A stretch of 64,000 nt of DNA from Minisyncoccota bacterium (GCA_036405895.1 DASWWS010000001.1:244468-308467); one strand, 5' to 3'. Counted from the first letter of the stretch, positions 1 through 9,682 are shown. Notes: generated from the letters alone by a model not told the origin. Translations and numbers: made by a program.

Positions 1-2
1 TG

Positions 3-1862
3 GGGGCAGACAGCGAAAGCCATAATACTGCAACCGGACTTATCAATATCTTCAAGGAACGCACTCGTTTTTCTGACCCCTCTCTTGACCCGCGCCACCC
101 AAGAATTGTTGGGGTAGAAGTTCCGGTTGACCATCCCGACCAAGTTCATATCACATACGATATGCCTATTGCGCAAACGGTCGCAGGGTATGAGGTAGAA
201 GGATATACTATTACGGCAATTACTGTGGGTGGAAATGCGTCAACCTGGATTCTGCAGCTTGAAGAAACTGTTCTTTCAACCGACATGGTAACGCTTACGT
301 ACCGGATGCAAGAAGGGGATGCTGCCGCAGCCAGCGATGCAGAAAATCTTTTGTGTTCTTACATTGCCTATGCTGTAGTGAACAATTCTGAGGAAGTTGC
401 TCCTGAAGATCCAGAGCTCCGCATCTCGCTTAAAAACGGCAGTAACCAACAGCTCTACACGTGCGACACAATCACTGAGCTTGTGACGTACATGGGTACG
501 CTCAATATAAACTCCGACCTCTTTATTTATTTCAACGACAACGCTGCGCCACATATTATCGAAAGTCGCTGGAATATTTCCTACAGCAATCCTGAATATA
601 AAATAACAATCCGAAACAAAGCAGGCGTGGTTCATCCGTTGATTGACGGAGATGATGCAATTGCAGATTTGTTGCGCATCAGTCGAAGCAATGTACGCAT
701 CGAAGGGCTGAGCTTCAGAAGCGGAAAATACACCAATGATACGGGCTACTTGGGGGACAACTATTCAGGAAGCATTATTGCCCAAGTATCAAACACTGCT
801 GATACAGAATATGTAAATTTGAAATTCCATGAAGGAATGACAGGGCTTAAAATATCAGGACCAAACAGCACTGCGGATCAAAATATTTCAAACATTCTCG
901 TAGATACGATAGAATTCACCCACTTAACAGGAAACGCTCTTATTGTCGGCACGCAAAACCTTACTGCTGTTGATGAGCGAGGAGAAGAGGAATACACCAT
1001 GAGTGATGTTATTGTAAGAAACATCACGATATACGACGATACAGAGTCCGCTATTCTTGCTTCAGTGGAAGGAACAGACTATTACTTCGGCGGAACCATT
1101 GCCTCAAATGGTGTAAACGGCGTGACGTTTGAAAACATTACTGCTGAAAACCTAGGAACACAAGTGCTTTCCATAGGAGACTGTAAGACGGTACTGGTGA
1201 GAAACTGCACCTTTAAGCGCTTTTCACTTCGACAGTTCGGATACAATGGCGCGATTCGTCCAACATCGTGCGAGGGCATTACTATGTACAATATTTACTC
1301 CTTGGCCAACAGACCTCTCCTTCATGGCGACTACTGTCGAGACATTATATTGCAGCGCGTCTTCACCGCGCCGGTTGATGCGGGGGCAACTGCAGGAATC
1401 GGAATGAGTAACTGTCGAAGGTTTATTTCCCTCAAGGGAAATCTCGCAGTGGCGGGGCCAAATGAATGGGCGTGTGCAATTTCTTTCGATCGATCCAATG
1501 GTTATATTCCAACGCTTGCAGAAGATTTTCTTGAAGAAGAGGCGAACGTATGGATTACTCAGGATTTCAGAACACTCAATGTTGCGGGTATCGGAGAAGT
1601 TGCTGATGGTGACATGTTTGTGTACACCGATTATCACCACCCCTACTCTGACTTCCGCACTAATTATAATCGAGGACTTACTTCTACGGTGGGGTACTAT
1701 AACCAGCTGGTACTTGATTCCGAAGACGAGCGGTATCTTGCAGACGCATCTATCGGAAGAAACTTTGTTGCGTCTCAGGTTGGGTCGATTACCACAGATG
1801 CCGGAGGTGGCACGTTGACCTATCCGGCAGATGCGGGCGCCTACGACGCTGATGCTCTATAG
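3..1862 (+). CDS. Large secreted/surface protein, probable right-handed parallel beta-helix (pectin-lyase-like fold), 5' end outside window
   Basis: Open in frame from window edge to 1862 with no upstream stop; repetitive G/N/T/I-rich segments (NITIYDD, GLKISGPNS, VTFENITAENLG) typical of beta-helix repeats; >12 N-x-S/T sequons. Confidence 0.45.
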   Translation, partial: GADSESHNTATGLINIFKERTRFSDPSLDPRHPRIVGVEVPVDHPDQVHITYDMPIAQTVAGYEVEGYTITAITVGGNASTWILQLEETVLSTDMVTLTYRMQEGDAAAASDAENLLCSYIAYAVVNNSEEVAPEDPELRISLKNGSNQQLYTCDTITELVTYMGTLNINSDLFIYFNDNAAPHIIESRWNISYSNPEYKITIRNKAGVVHPLIDGDDAIADLLRISRSNVRIEGLSFRSGKYTNDTGYLGDNYSGSIIAQVSNTADTEYVNLKFHEGMTGLKISGPNSTADQNISNILVDTIEFTHLTGNALIVGTQNLTAVDERGEEEYTMSDVIVRNITIYDDTESAILASVEGTDYYFGGTIASNGVNGVTFENITAENLGTQVLSIGDCKTVLVRNCTFKRFSLRQFGYNGAIRPTSCEGITMYNIYSLANRPLLHGDYCRDIILQRVFTAPVDAGATAGIGMSNCRRFISLKGNLAVAGPNEWACAISFDRSNGYIPTLAEDFLEEEANVWITQDFRTLNVAGIGEVADGDMFVYTDYHHPYSDFRTNYNRGLTSTVGYYNQLVLDSEDERYLADASIGRNFVASQVGSITTDAGGGTLTYPADAGAYDADAL

Positions 1863-1920
1863 AGTTGTGGATAACAGTCGATATGCTCTGTAGGTATGGT
1901 AAAATAATAAACAAGAAATT

Positions 1921-2103
1921 ATGTTAGACAAAAAACTCACTAGAAAAGAATTTATTTTTTCCATCGGATCATTCATTGGTCTTTTGGCTGTCAGCGGCTT
2001 GCCTCAGGCGATTAGTGAAGACCTTGCAAAAAAAATGACTACTGATAAAAAGCCTGTCGCGAACGGGTATGGAAACCATCACTATGGGGGCAAGCGCGCG
2101 TAA
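1921..2103 (+). CDS. Small hypothetical protein with hydrophobic N-terminal segment
   Basis: 60-aa ORF, signal/TM-like FIFSIGSFIGLLAVSGLP; overlaps next gene start. Confidence 0.2.
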   Translation: MLDKKLTRKEFIFSIGSFIGLLAVSGLPQAISEDLAKKMTTDKKPVANGYGNHHYGGKRA

Positions 2104-2893
2104 CTTCATTTTTACTGTTTGCTTTCTGTTGACCGGCTTTTTTTTGTTTTCAAATACTGTAATTGCGGCACCGTACGGAGAAGGTTCGTACAATGAAGGA
2201 GATTTTGGAGAGGGAGAAGTTGTGGGAGGCGGCACTACTTCATCGGGGCCGGGTGTCTACGCGCCGCCAAGTGGTTGTACAAGCGGTGCGTCATTTAGTG
2301 TTACCACAGGAGAGCGCTGTTCGTACGTACCTCCTGCAACACCCCCTGGCATTCCGCCTGCTCAGTCGGCCGCCCCGCTATTTTTAGCTGACATCGCTCC
2401 GGGTACTACCAGTGAAGATGTCCGCACGCTTCAGCGTTATCTCAACATGCACGGCTTTCCCATTGCTCCAAGCGGACCAGGGTCTTTGAATAATGAAACG
2501 ATGTTTTTTGGCCCTGCAACCAAGGCTGCTGTAATACGCTTTCAAATAGCGAAAGGTCTTCTTCCTGCTACGGGCAATGTTGGACCCCTTACTCGTGCAG
2601 CAATTGCTCAAACGGCAGCGGCTGTACCCGCTGCAACCCCTTCTTTGAGCACTCCGAAGTTTGCGGTTGACTTGTCTCTTGGTGACGTCAGTGAAGATGT
2701 CCGCACGCTTCAGCGTTATCTCAATGCAAACGGCTTTACTATTGCTGCATCAGGACCCGGTTCTTCAGGAAAGGAGACCATTCTCTTCGGTCCCGCAACA
2801 AAAGCAGCCCTCATAAAGTTCCAAGTTGCTCATAACATTCTTCCTGCAACAGGCACCCTTGGTCCAAAAACTCGCGCATTTATTGCAAAATAA
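2069..2893 (+). CDS. Secreted protein with two peptidoglycan-binding (PG_binding_1-like) repeats
   Basis: N-terminal signal peptide; two copies of SEDVRTLQRYLN-x-GF-IA-SGPGS-x-FGPATKAA-FQ-x-LPATG-GP-TRA motif. Confidence 0.65.
   Translation: METITMGASARNFIFTVCFLLTGFFLFSNTVIAAPYGEGSYNEGDFGEGEVVGGGTTSSGPGVYAPPSGCTSGASFSVTTGERCSYVPPATPPGIPPAQSAAPLFLADIAPGTTSEDVRTLQRYLNMHGFPIAPSGPGSLNNETMFFGPATKAAVIRFQIAKGLLPATGNVGPLTRAAIAQTAAAVPAATPSLSTPKFAVDLSLGDVSEDVRTLQRYLNANGFTIAASGPGSSGKETILFGPATKAALIKFQVAHNILPATGTLGPKTRAFIAK
2411..2725 (+). repeat. Intragenic direct repeat (36-nt perfect copies at 2411 and 2691) reflecting domain duplication
   Basis: agtgaagatgtccgcacgcttcagcgttatctcaa occurs twice 280 nt apart. 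Confidence 0.8.
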
Positions 2894-2940
2894 CAAAATC
2901 AATTTACAATCCGTCAAGAGTAGGGTAGGATAGAGGAATT

Positions 2941-3669
2941 ATGGTGCTCAACGTTGTTGCAACCCCTATTGGGAATCTCAAAGACATCACCCTTCGCGCA
3001 AAAGAGGTACTTGAAAGTGCAACACTGATTCTTGCAGAAGACACGCGAAGCATTAAGAAATTGCTCACGCTTTTGGATATCCCACTAGGAGGGAAGGTAT
3101 ATGTCTCTTCGCATGCACAAAGCACGCAGACAGCCCTACAGAAGGCAATAGAGGCATGTGTTGAGCACGAAACAATTGCTCTGGTGACCGATGCCGGCAC
3201 ACCCGCAATATCCGACCCGGGATCATTGTTTATTCATGAATTCCGCACGGCATATCCACAGGCAACCGTGGTGCCGATTCCTGGGGTCTCTGCAGTAGTT
3301 GCAGCGCTTTCAGTATCCGGCTTTCCCGGCAACCACTTTGAATTTATCGGCTTTGTTCCGCATAAAAAAGGGCGGCAAACACTTTTCAATACTATTGCTC
3401 AAACCGAGCACACGGTGTGCATGTACGAGTCTCCCCACCGCATTCTCAAAACTCTTGAGGCGCTTGCAGAAGTTCTGGGCGACCGGCCAATACTCGTAGG
3501 GCGCGAGATGACAAAAAGCTTTGAAGAATATCCAGTGGGTACGGCAAAAGAGCTCTTGGAGTACTACACTGACAATACAGACAAGGTCCGCGGAGAGTTT
3601 GTCGTTGTTGTTGCGCCTCAGTATATGAGCACTGTGCAGGAGCGCGACGCATCTGATACAATAGAGTAA
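2941..3669 (+). CDS. rsmI: 16S rRNA (cytidine1402-2'-O)-methyltransferase RsmI (tetrapyrrole-methylase fold)
   Basis: N-terminus LNVVATPIGNLKDITLRA...LAEDTR, ...VTDAGTPAISDPG; GAGG SD 6 nt upstream. Confidence 0.85.
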   Translation: MVLNVVATPIGNLKDITLRAKEVLESATLILAEDTRSIKKLLTLLDIPLGGKVYVSSHAQSTQTALQKAIEACVEHETIALVTDAGTPAISDPGSLFIHEFRTAYPQATVVPIPGVSAVVAALSVSGFPGNHFEFIGFVPHKKGRQTLFNTIAQTEHTVCMYESPHRILKTLEALAEVLGDRPILVGREMTKSFEEYPVGTAKELLEYYTDNTDKVRGEFVVVVAPQYMSTVQERDASDTIE

Positions 3670-3857
3670 TGTTGAGCAAGTTACGAACACTCTTTTGGTT
3701 GGGCATTGCCATGCTTTGTATTTCTTTTGTAGGCATTCCTGATGCATGGAAAATGGTGATTGCATTTGGTGTCGGGGCCGTACTCATCGCACTCGCTCTT
3801 GGCCTTCGCCGCGACTACCTAAAGCTTCGATTGAAGCTAAAAGAATATGCACAATAA
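3669..3857 (+). CDS. Small two-helix membrane protein, hypothetical
   Basis: 62 aa, two hydrophobic helices; ATG overlaps rsmI stop. Confidence 0.3.
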   Translation: MLSKLRTLFWLGIAMLCISFVGIPDAWKMVIAFGVGAVLIALALGLRRDYLKLRLKLKEYAQ

Positions 3858-5085
3858 AAGGGAAGAAGAAACAATTGAAATAGAGCAGGGAGCGCATGTG
3901 CAAACAGGAATGCGCGTGTTCGGCACCATTATTTTCGGTATCGTTGTATTTTTAGCAGGCGTCTATGTGGGGTTTGAAAACCGCCCATCGGTCCAAAAAG
4001 TAACAGGGCTTTTTAATAAAGAAACTGCCATTGCAGCCGAGACCGACTTCAATCCGTTTTGGAAAGCGTGGCAGGCGGTGGATGAAAAATTCCCGGGAGC
4101 AAGCGACACTTCAAATGCCGACCGCATGTATGGCGCCATCAAGGGCATGCTCGCATCATTTGACGACCCGTACACCACTTTTTTCACTCCAAGCGAAAAC
4201 ACTATTTTTGAAACTGAAATCAACGGAGAATTTTCAGGTGTGGGTATTGAGCTTGGCGAGAAAGACGGCATCTTAACCGTTATCGCGCCTCTGAAGAATA
4301 CACCAGCCGACAAGGCAGGAATATTGCCGGGAGATAAGATTGTGAAGATTGCAGACACTATCACTACAAATATGTCGATTGATGACGCAATCGATTTGAT
4401 TCGCGGCGAAAACGGTACAGCAATTGCGCTCACCATTTTCCGTGAAGGATTCACCGAGCCAAAGGTGTACGAGTTGATTCGAAGCACAATCGTGCTTCCG
4501 ACCGTTGAAACAGAAACAATTGACGGTGTGTTTGTTATCCATCTCTACAATTTCTCCGCGCAATCTGTTGGGCAGTTCAAGACTGCTCTCCAGGAATACG
4601 CCGCATCAGGAAACACAAAGCTTCTTCTTGACCTCCGCGGAAACCCGGGCGGATACCTCGATGCTGCTGTCTCTATTGGAAGCTGGTTTATTCCAAGCGG
4701 GCAGGTTATCGTAAAAGAAATCGGCAAAACCGAAAGCGACACTATTTTGCACACGAGTGCGGGGCCCGTACTCTTTCCTGCAAACAACAAGCTTGTTGTT
4801 CTTGTCGACAAAGGCTCTGCTTCCGCCTCTGAAATATTGGCAGGTGCGCTTTCAGAACACGGTATCGGGCAGCTTGTCGGTACGCAGACATACGGAAAAG
4901 GCTCAGTACAGGAAGTGATCCCTATTACGAGCGACACTTCAATGAAGGTGACCGTTGCCAAGTGGTATACCCCAAAGGGCGTGTCGATTTCAGATCACGG
5001 GCTTACTCCAAGCGTGGTTATCCCATACAATCCTGAAAGCACTGTCGATACGCAGCTTCAGGCAGCAATTGATTTGTTTAAATAA
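3847..5085 (+). CDS. ctpA: C-terminal processing peptidase, S41 family (PDZ + tail-specific protease domain), membrane anchored
   Basis: PDZ-like GVGIELGEKDG...PADKAGILPGDKIVKI; S41 motifs LLLDLRGNPGG and VLVDKGSASASEILAG. Confidence 0.85.
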   Translation: MHNKREEETIEIEQGAHVQTGMRVFGTIIFGIVVFLAGVYVGFENRPSVQKVTGLFNKETAIAAETDFNPFWKAWQAVDEKFPGASDTSNADRMYGAIKGMLASFDDPYTTFFTPSENTIFETEINGEFSGVGIELGEKDGILTVIAPLKNTPADKAGILPGDKIVKIADTITTNMSIDDAIDLIRGENGTAIALTIFREGFTEPKVYELIRSTIVLPTVETETIDGVFVIHLYNFSAQSVGQFKTALQEYAASGNTKLLLDLRGNPGGYLDAAVSIGSWFIPSGQVIVKEIGKTESDTILHTSAGPVLFPANNKLVVLVDKGSASASEILAGALSEHGIGQLVGTQTYGKGSVQEVIPITSDTSMKVTVAKWYTPKGVSISDHGLTPSVVIPYNPESTVDTQLQAAIDLFK

Positions 5086-5092
5086 TTTTATT

Positions 5093-5539
5093 ATGAAAGT
5101 AATCCTTCTTAAAAACGTACCAAAGCTCGGAAAGAAAGATGATGTTGTCGAAGTAAACCAGGGCTATGCGGCAAATGCATTGTTTCCAAGCAAACTCGCA
5201 ATGCCGGCAACTGATGTCGCCATTGCCAACAGCAAGGCGCGCACTCAGCACAAGGTTGCAGAGAAGGAAATCCAGCACAACCTGCTCGACCGTGCCATTG
5301 GCGAACTGGAGGGCAAAGCGCTGGTATACAAGGCAAAGGCGAATGAAAAGGGGAGTCTCTTCTCAAAAGTCGATGTCGCCGATATCAGTGCCGAATTGTT
5401 GAAGCAGTACCGCATTGCGGTGGATGCAAAGCTTATGAAGCTCGAGGGCGCCCCTATCAAGCAAGCGGGAACGTACGTGGTCGAAGTAGTAGACGGAAAA
5501 TACAAGTCTTCATTTTCAGTTGATATAATAGGGGAGTAG
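5093..5539 (+). CDS. rplI: 50S ribosomal protein L9
   Basis: MKVILLKNVPKLGKKDDVVEV... classic L9 N-terminus; ORF-track start trimmed to internal ATG 5093. Confidence 0.85.
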   Translation: MKVILLKNVPKLGKKDDVVEVNQGYAANALFPSKLAMPATDVAIANSKARTQHKVAEKEIQHNLLDRAIGELEGKALVYKAKANEKGSLFSKVDVADISAELLKQYRIAVDAKLMKLEGAPIKQAGTYVVEVVDGKYKSSFSVDIIGE

Positions 5540-5540
5540 T

Positions 5541-6050
5541 ATGAAAAACCGCGGATTTACATTGATTGAACTTCTGGTTGTCATTGCAGTCATTGGCATT
5601 CTTGCTTCTGTGGTATTGGCAAGTTTGAATAGCGCTCGCGCAAAAGGACGCAACGCTCGCCGGGCAAGCGATGTAAAACAAATAATGCTTGCATTTCAAA
5701 TGGCAATCAATGATACAGGGACGGTTCCTTCTGTGGCCGCCGAGCACTGCATCAGCGCAACGTGCTATGAATCGTGGGCGAACTATGTCCGAAACAGCAC
5801 TGTTGATGCATGGCTCGCCCCGTATTTGCCAACATGGCCAAGCGACCCTGTTGGAGGGCGGGCTCGAGGAGGCTATCTGTATTTTCTTAATTTCCCCGGA
5901 GGCACTACGCCGTATGACGGCTCTCCCGCACCGGCCGGGCACATAATAAACTGGGCAACAGAGCCGCCATTATCAGCAACTTCATGCAGTGGGGGAAAAG
6001 TGTGGGCTGTGGAATCTAATTACGTAGAGTGTGTTTTATATATTAATTAA
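5541..6050 (+). CDS. Prepilin-type N-terminal cleavage/methylation domain protein (type IV pilin-like) 1
   Basis: MKNRGFTLIELLVVIAVIGILASVVLASLNSARAKGR: G|FTLIE class III signal; Cys pairs in C-terminal domain. Confidence 0.8.
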   Translation: MKNRGFTLIELLVVIAVIGILASVVLASLNSARAKGRNARRASDVKQIMLAFQMAINDTGTVPSVAAEHCISATCYESWANYVRNSTVDAWLAPYLPTWPSDPVGGRARGGYLYFLNFPGGTTPYDGSPAPAGHIINWATEPPLSATSCSGGKVWAVESNYVECVLYIN

Positions 6051-6518
6051 ATGAATTATAAGAGAGGCTTTACTTTAATAGAACTCCTTGTCGTCATTGC
6101 TGTCATTGGCATTCTTGCTTCTGTCGTTCTTGCGTCCCTCAACAGCGCACGAGCAAAAGCGCGCGATGCGCGCCGATTGGCGGACATCAACCAAGTAGCG
6201 ACAGCTCTTGAATTTTATTACGACAAGTACGGATACTATCCCGCATACGCAACAGTAGGGGGGCGCGATTGTTCGGGCTGGAACGGAATTCTTCCAAGCA
6301 GTGACACTTTCATGAAGCCTCTTGTTGATGAAGGATTTCTTGGTAAACCTTTGATGGACCCAAAGCCGGTAGATTGCGTCATGCAGTATCGCGACGAGAC
6401 AGCAGGGCAAGGGTACCGCCTTATTTTCCGCTACGAAACAAGGACCAACAATGACCTGACCTGTTATGCATTGGGCGGATGGAGCTGTATCAAGAAAAAT
6501 ACTACCGCTACCAACTAG
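6051..6518 (+). CDS. Type IV pilin-like protein 2 (paralog)
   Basis: MNYKRGFTLIELLVVIAVIGILASVVLASLNSARAKARD; C-terminal domain shared with pilin 3 (FMKPLVDEGFL, GQGYRLIF-YET, GGWSCI). Confidence 0.8.
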   Translation: MNYKRGFTLIELLVVIAVIGILASVVLASLNSARAKARDARRLADINQVATALEFYYDKYGYYPAYATVGGRDCSGWNGILPSSDTFMKPLVDEGFLGKPLMDPKPVDCVMQYRDETAGQGYRLIFRYETRTNNDLTCYALGGWSCIKKNTTATN

Positions 6519-6519
6519 T

Positions 6520-6993
6520 ATGAATAAGCAGCAGAAAGGATTCACTCTCATAGAGCTCCTGGTGGTGATTGCCGTTATCGGAATCCTTGCTTCTGTTGTT
6601 CTTGCTTCATTAAACAGTGCGCGTGCAAAAGCTCGCGATGCAAAGAAAATGGCAGACATGAAGTCAGTTTCTACCGCGCTTGAATTGTATTACGACAAAT
6701 ACGGCACATACCCCTTGTGGCAGCAAACTGCATGGGGAATAGACTGCGCCGGTTTTCGAGGGTCTTCAGCTGCGAGCAACACTTTCATGAAGCCGCTTGT
6801 TGATGAAGGATTCCTTTCTGTATACCCTAATGACACGAGAGGAAACTGTTTTATGCAGTATCGAGAAGAAAAGGCTGGGCAAGGGTACCGTTTGATCTTT
6901 CTTTATGAGACAAAGCCCAATAATGACCTTAAGTGCTATACGGACGGCGGATGGAGCTGTATTCGCGTAAACTTTGATGATGCAGTGGATTAA
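6520..6993 (+). CDS. Type IV pilin-like protein 3 (paralog)
   Basis: MNKQQKGFTLIELLVVIAVIGILASVVLASLNSARAKARD; start trimmed from ORF-track 6466 to the ATG preceding pilin N-terminus. Confidence 0.8.
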   Translation: MNKQQKGFTLIELLVVIAVIGILASVVLASLNSARAKARDAKKMADMKSVSTALELYYDKYGTYPLWQQTAWGIDCAGFRGSSAASNTFMKPLVDEGFLSVYPNDTRGNCFMQYREEKAGQGYRLIFLYETKPNNDLKCYTDGGWSCIRVNFDDAVD

Positions 6994-7001
6994 ATAAAAA
7001 A

Positions 7002-7025
7002 CCTCTCATGTAGAGAGGTTTTTTA
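7002..7025. terminator. Bidirectional intrinsic terminator (pilin cluster / rpmA)
   Basis: CCTCTC-atgta-GAGAGG hairpin flanked by A-run and T-run. Confidence 0.6.
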
Positions 7026-7310
7026 TTATGCGCGTTCTGCGAGAATGTTTGCCATCTTGCGAACGGTAGTCGTACCGTCGAAGTTGTCCTTGCGCTTGTT
7101 AGTGAATTTTACAAATCCAGGCTTCAGGGCGTAGAGAGTGTGGTCTTTTCCAAGGCCAACATCCTTTCCGGCCATGATTTTGGTGCCGCGCTGGCGTACA
7201 ATAACAGAACCAGCCTTTGCTACCTGGCCGTCATACAATTTAGTACCCAGGTATTGTGGGTTGGAATCATTTAGGTTTTTTGCCGCTCCTTGGGCTTTCT
7301 TATGTGCCAT
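7026..7310 (-). CDS. rpmA: 50S ribosomal protein L27
   Basis: [12 protein letters not shown]...[27 protein letters not shown] matches L27 signature. Confidence 0.85.
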   Translation of the reverse strand: MAHKKAQGAAKNLNDSNPQYLGTKLYDGQVAKAGSVIVRQRGTKIMAGKDVGLGKDHTLYALKPGFVKFTNKRKDNFDGTTTVRKMANILAERA

Positions 7311-7378
7311 AGTGGGTACATGATAGCCTGAGGGGGAAGAAATGTCAATCCTTCTTCTATAGGATATACTATGAAATA

Positions 7379-7756
7379 GTGAGCAATTTCCTGATTCGGC
7401 ACTATCGCACCCTTTTTACCATACTTCTCATTGCCATGCTTCTTTTGGCCTTTTTAATGGGCTTTTTGACGGGGAAACAGCAACAATCTCCGGCGGTAGT
7501 GCTTTCGTGCAGTCCAGACGTGCTCTCCGAGCTCACCATACCGGTTGCGCGACTCTCTCAGAATGCTATAACAGGGGATAGTAACGAAATTGTAAACAAG
7601 CCGACAAGCGGCGCATTTGTCGGATCGAAAAACGGCACTAAGTACTATCCTCCGAATTGCTCCGGGGTCAGCCGCATCAAGCCCGAAAACTATATTTGGT
7701 TTAAGGACGCGGCAGACGCAGAACTGCAAGGGTATACGCGAATATCATCATGTTAA
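7379..7756 (+). CDS. Membrane-anchored protein with C-terminal Ada-type metal-binding-like domain
   Basis: N-terminal TM; C-terminal KYYPPNC-x8-ENYIWF-x5[12 protein letters not shown] resembles Ada_Zn_binding pattern YH-x3-C...N...F...A...GYR-C. Confidence 0.35.
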   Translation: MSNFLIRHYRTLFTILLIAMLLLAFLMGFLTGKQQQSPAVVLSCSPDVLSELTIPVARLSQNAITGDSNEIVNKPTSGAFVGSKNGTKYYPPNCSGVSRIKPENYIWFKDAADAELQGYTRISSC

Positions 7757-8700
7757 GATCCATCCTTTCAGTATGCATTATGGGACTCACGGGCTTGCTC
7801 ATGCTTGCCATTCTTTTGCCGACACAAACCAGAGAAATGGCGGAGAATATTCTCTCAGGCGCCAACACCTTCTCATCGTATCTTCCTGTTCTTGATTCCG
7901 ACACTAAAAAAGAGGAGGAGATAAATGACCCCATTACAGAGAAAAAGCCGCTCGACACGATAGAGAGCGCAGTAAAGACCGTTATTGATGCTGTCTCTCC
8001 ATCAAAAGAGAGCGCTCCAAAAAGCGACAACACTCTGACAAACGCAAATATTGTCGACGCAACAAATGCCGAGCGCATTAAGCTTGGCCTCACCCCGCTT
8101 TCAACAAATGCAAAGCTTACCGCTTCGGCAAAAATAAAAACCGAGGACATGATAAAGAACGGATACTTCGAGCACGTTTCTCCGGACGGCGTGGCAGTTT
8201 CCGACCTCGGCACGCAGGTAGGGTATGACTACGTCATCATGGGCGAGAACCTTGCTTTAGGGAACTTCTCCGGAGCCGACGACCTTTTGCAGGCATGGAT
8301 GAACTCTCCCGGACATCGAGCGAATATTGTCAGCGAGAGCTATATGGAAATCGGCATCTATGCGGCACAAGGGCAGTATCAGGGCCGAAAGGTATGGTTT
8401 GCAGTGCAGCACTTTGGCACAGCCCGCGGCGCATGCCCGGTAGTGGACCAACAGCTTAAAGACGATATCGATGACTTCAATACGGCACTTCGTGCAAAGG
8501 AAAAGAAAATCACGGTCCTTCGTGCAGAGCTCGAAGGTATGGAGCAAAACGACAATGAGTATCAAGAGAAGGTTGCTATATTCAACGCCCTTGTTGCCGA
8601 GTACAATTCACAGCTCGCCATGTCCCAAGCCGCCATTGCACGGTACAACAAGCAAGTTGTCGCATTCAATAAATGTCTCGCACAGTATCAGGGGGAATAA
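7750..8700 (+). CDS. Membrane-anchored CAP/SCP (PR-1-like, YkwD-type) domain protein with C-terminal coiled coil
   Basis: N-terminal TM; CAP motifs GYFEHVSPDG, GENLALGNFSGADDLLQAWMNSPGHRANI, YMEIGI; heptad-rich tail. Confidence 0.65.
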   Translation: MLRSILSVCIMGLTGLLMLAILLPTQTREMAENILSGANTFSSYLPVLDSDTKKEEEINDPITEKKPLDTIESAVKTVIDAVSPSKESAPKSDNTLTNANIVDATNAERIKLGLTPLSTNAKLTASAKIKTEDMIKNGYFEHVSPDGVAVSDLGTQVGYDYVIMGENLALGNFSGADDLLQAWMNSPGHRANIVSESYMEIGIYAAQGQYQGRKVWFAVQHFGTARGACPVVDQQLKDDIDDFNTALRAKEKKITVLRAELEGMEQNDNEYQEKVAIFNALVAEYNSQLAMSQAAIARYNKQVVAFNKCLAQYQGE

Positions 8701-8725
8701 TTTAAAAATAGTAGGGAAGTAGGAA

Positions 8726-8757
8726 AGGGGTATTGGGCAGATACCTCTTTTCTTTTA
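8726..8757 (+). terminator. Probable intrinsic terminator after CAP-domain gene
   Basis: AGGGGTAT-loop-ATACCTCT imperfect hairpin followed by T-rich run. Confidence 0.4.
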
Positions 8758-9289
8758 TCCAATTCAACTTTCAACTAAACCACTCTCTCGATTTGTTCTA
8801 CGGGACTCGAATTAATTATCTAATTGTTGTGCTAATTATTTGGGTAATTCAAACCCTTTGTTGTTCGAGATATTCTATCCCGGGGGAATAGGGCTTTATT
8901 ATAAAGGTTAAAAATATGTAACGTCGTACAATATATCTTTTACGACATATACAGAGGGCAAATAGTCTTTATCCATAAAGCCTGTGCTTCTTGAGCTTAG
9001 GTCTGGCTCTTATGTATCTCCTCTTAATTACATCAACAAATGAGACTTGGGTCAGATTCATAATTTAGTTCACGTTTTTGATTTTTTTACAATAAAAATA
9101 ATTATCTCAATTAAGAAATGGATTACACCTTCCTAAGGAAGGTGCTGAGGTGAAGATGTTGGATATATCAGTCATTAAAAGTGTAAGACTCACTTCCCTG
9201 TTTTTATCAAAATTTCGAGGCCCTAGAATCGATTTTAAGGTGCCTTGGATTTTGAACATGAGTAAAGTCTTCGGCTATTTTATTAACTT

Positions 9290-9328
9290 AATAAAATAAA
9301 AAGAGTCTCTTTAAAAAAGAGACTCTCA
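9290..9328 (-). terminator. Intrinsic terminator downstream of 9335..9682
   Basis: AGAGTCTC-ttaaaaaa-GAGACTCT hairpin with flanking A/T runs. Confidence 0.55.
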
Positions 9329-9334
9329 TGATAA

Positions 9335-9682
9335 TCAGTTTGTGAATTTTTCAAGTGTTTGAAGAAATTGTTCAGTAATTTGATACTGTCCAGAATCATT
9401 CTTAGTAAGGTATCCAGACTTTAGTACTACAGTAGTACGCGGGACTGGTTTGCCTCCGTTTACAAGCGCTTCTAATACTCCGAGTTCGCTCTCGGTGACT
9501 AAGTGCCGGCAGAGAGATTTATAATCTTCCCATGTAAACGGAGTCCAAGCATCTTCATTGAGCTTCTGTTGAATAAAAATAATATTTTCAGAAATAGTCT
9601 CTGCTTCACTGCTGCGTAAAGCGCTTCCAACAAAGTCTCTTTTTCGAAAGCTTGCCGGGGTTATCTTTGTTATAAGGTTCAT
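9335..9682 (-). CDS. Hypothetical protein (low-GC patch)
   Basis: 115-aa ORF followed by terminator; no motif recognised. Confidence 0.35.
   Translation of the reverse strand: MNLITKITPASFRKRDFVGSALRSSEAETISENIIFIQQKLNEDAWTPFTWEDYKSLCRHLVTESELGVLEALVNGGKPVPRTTVVLKSGYLTKNDSGQYQITEQFLQTLEKFTN

Noticed and set aside
276-1818. Several 118-138-aa ORFs antisense or out of frame inside the beta-helix gene (276..635, 1224..1640, 1462..1818)
   Set aside because: Fully embedded in a long motif-bearing ORF; compositions look like frame shadows.
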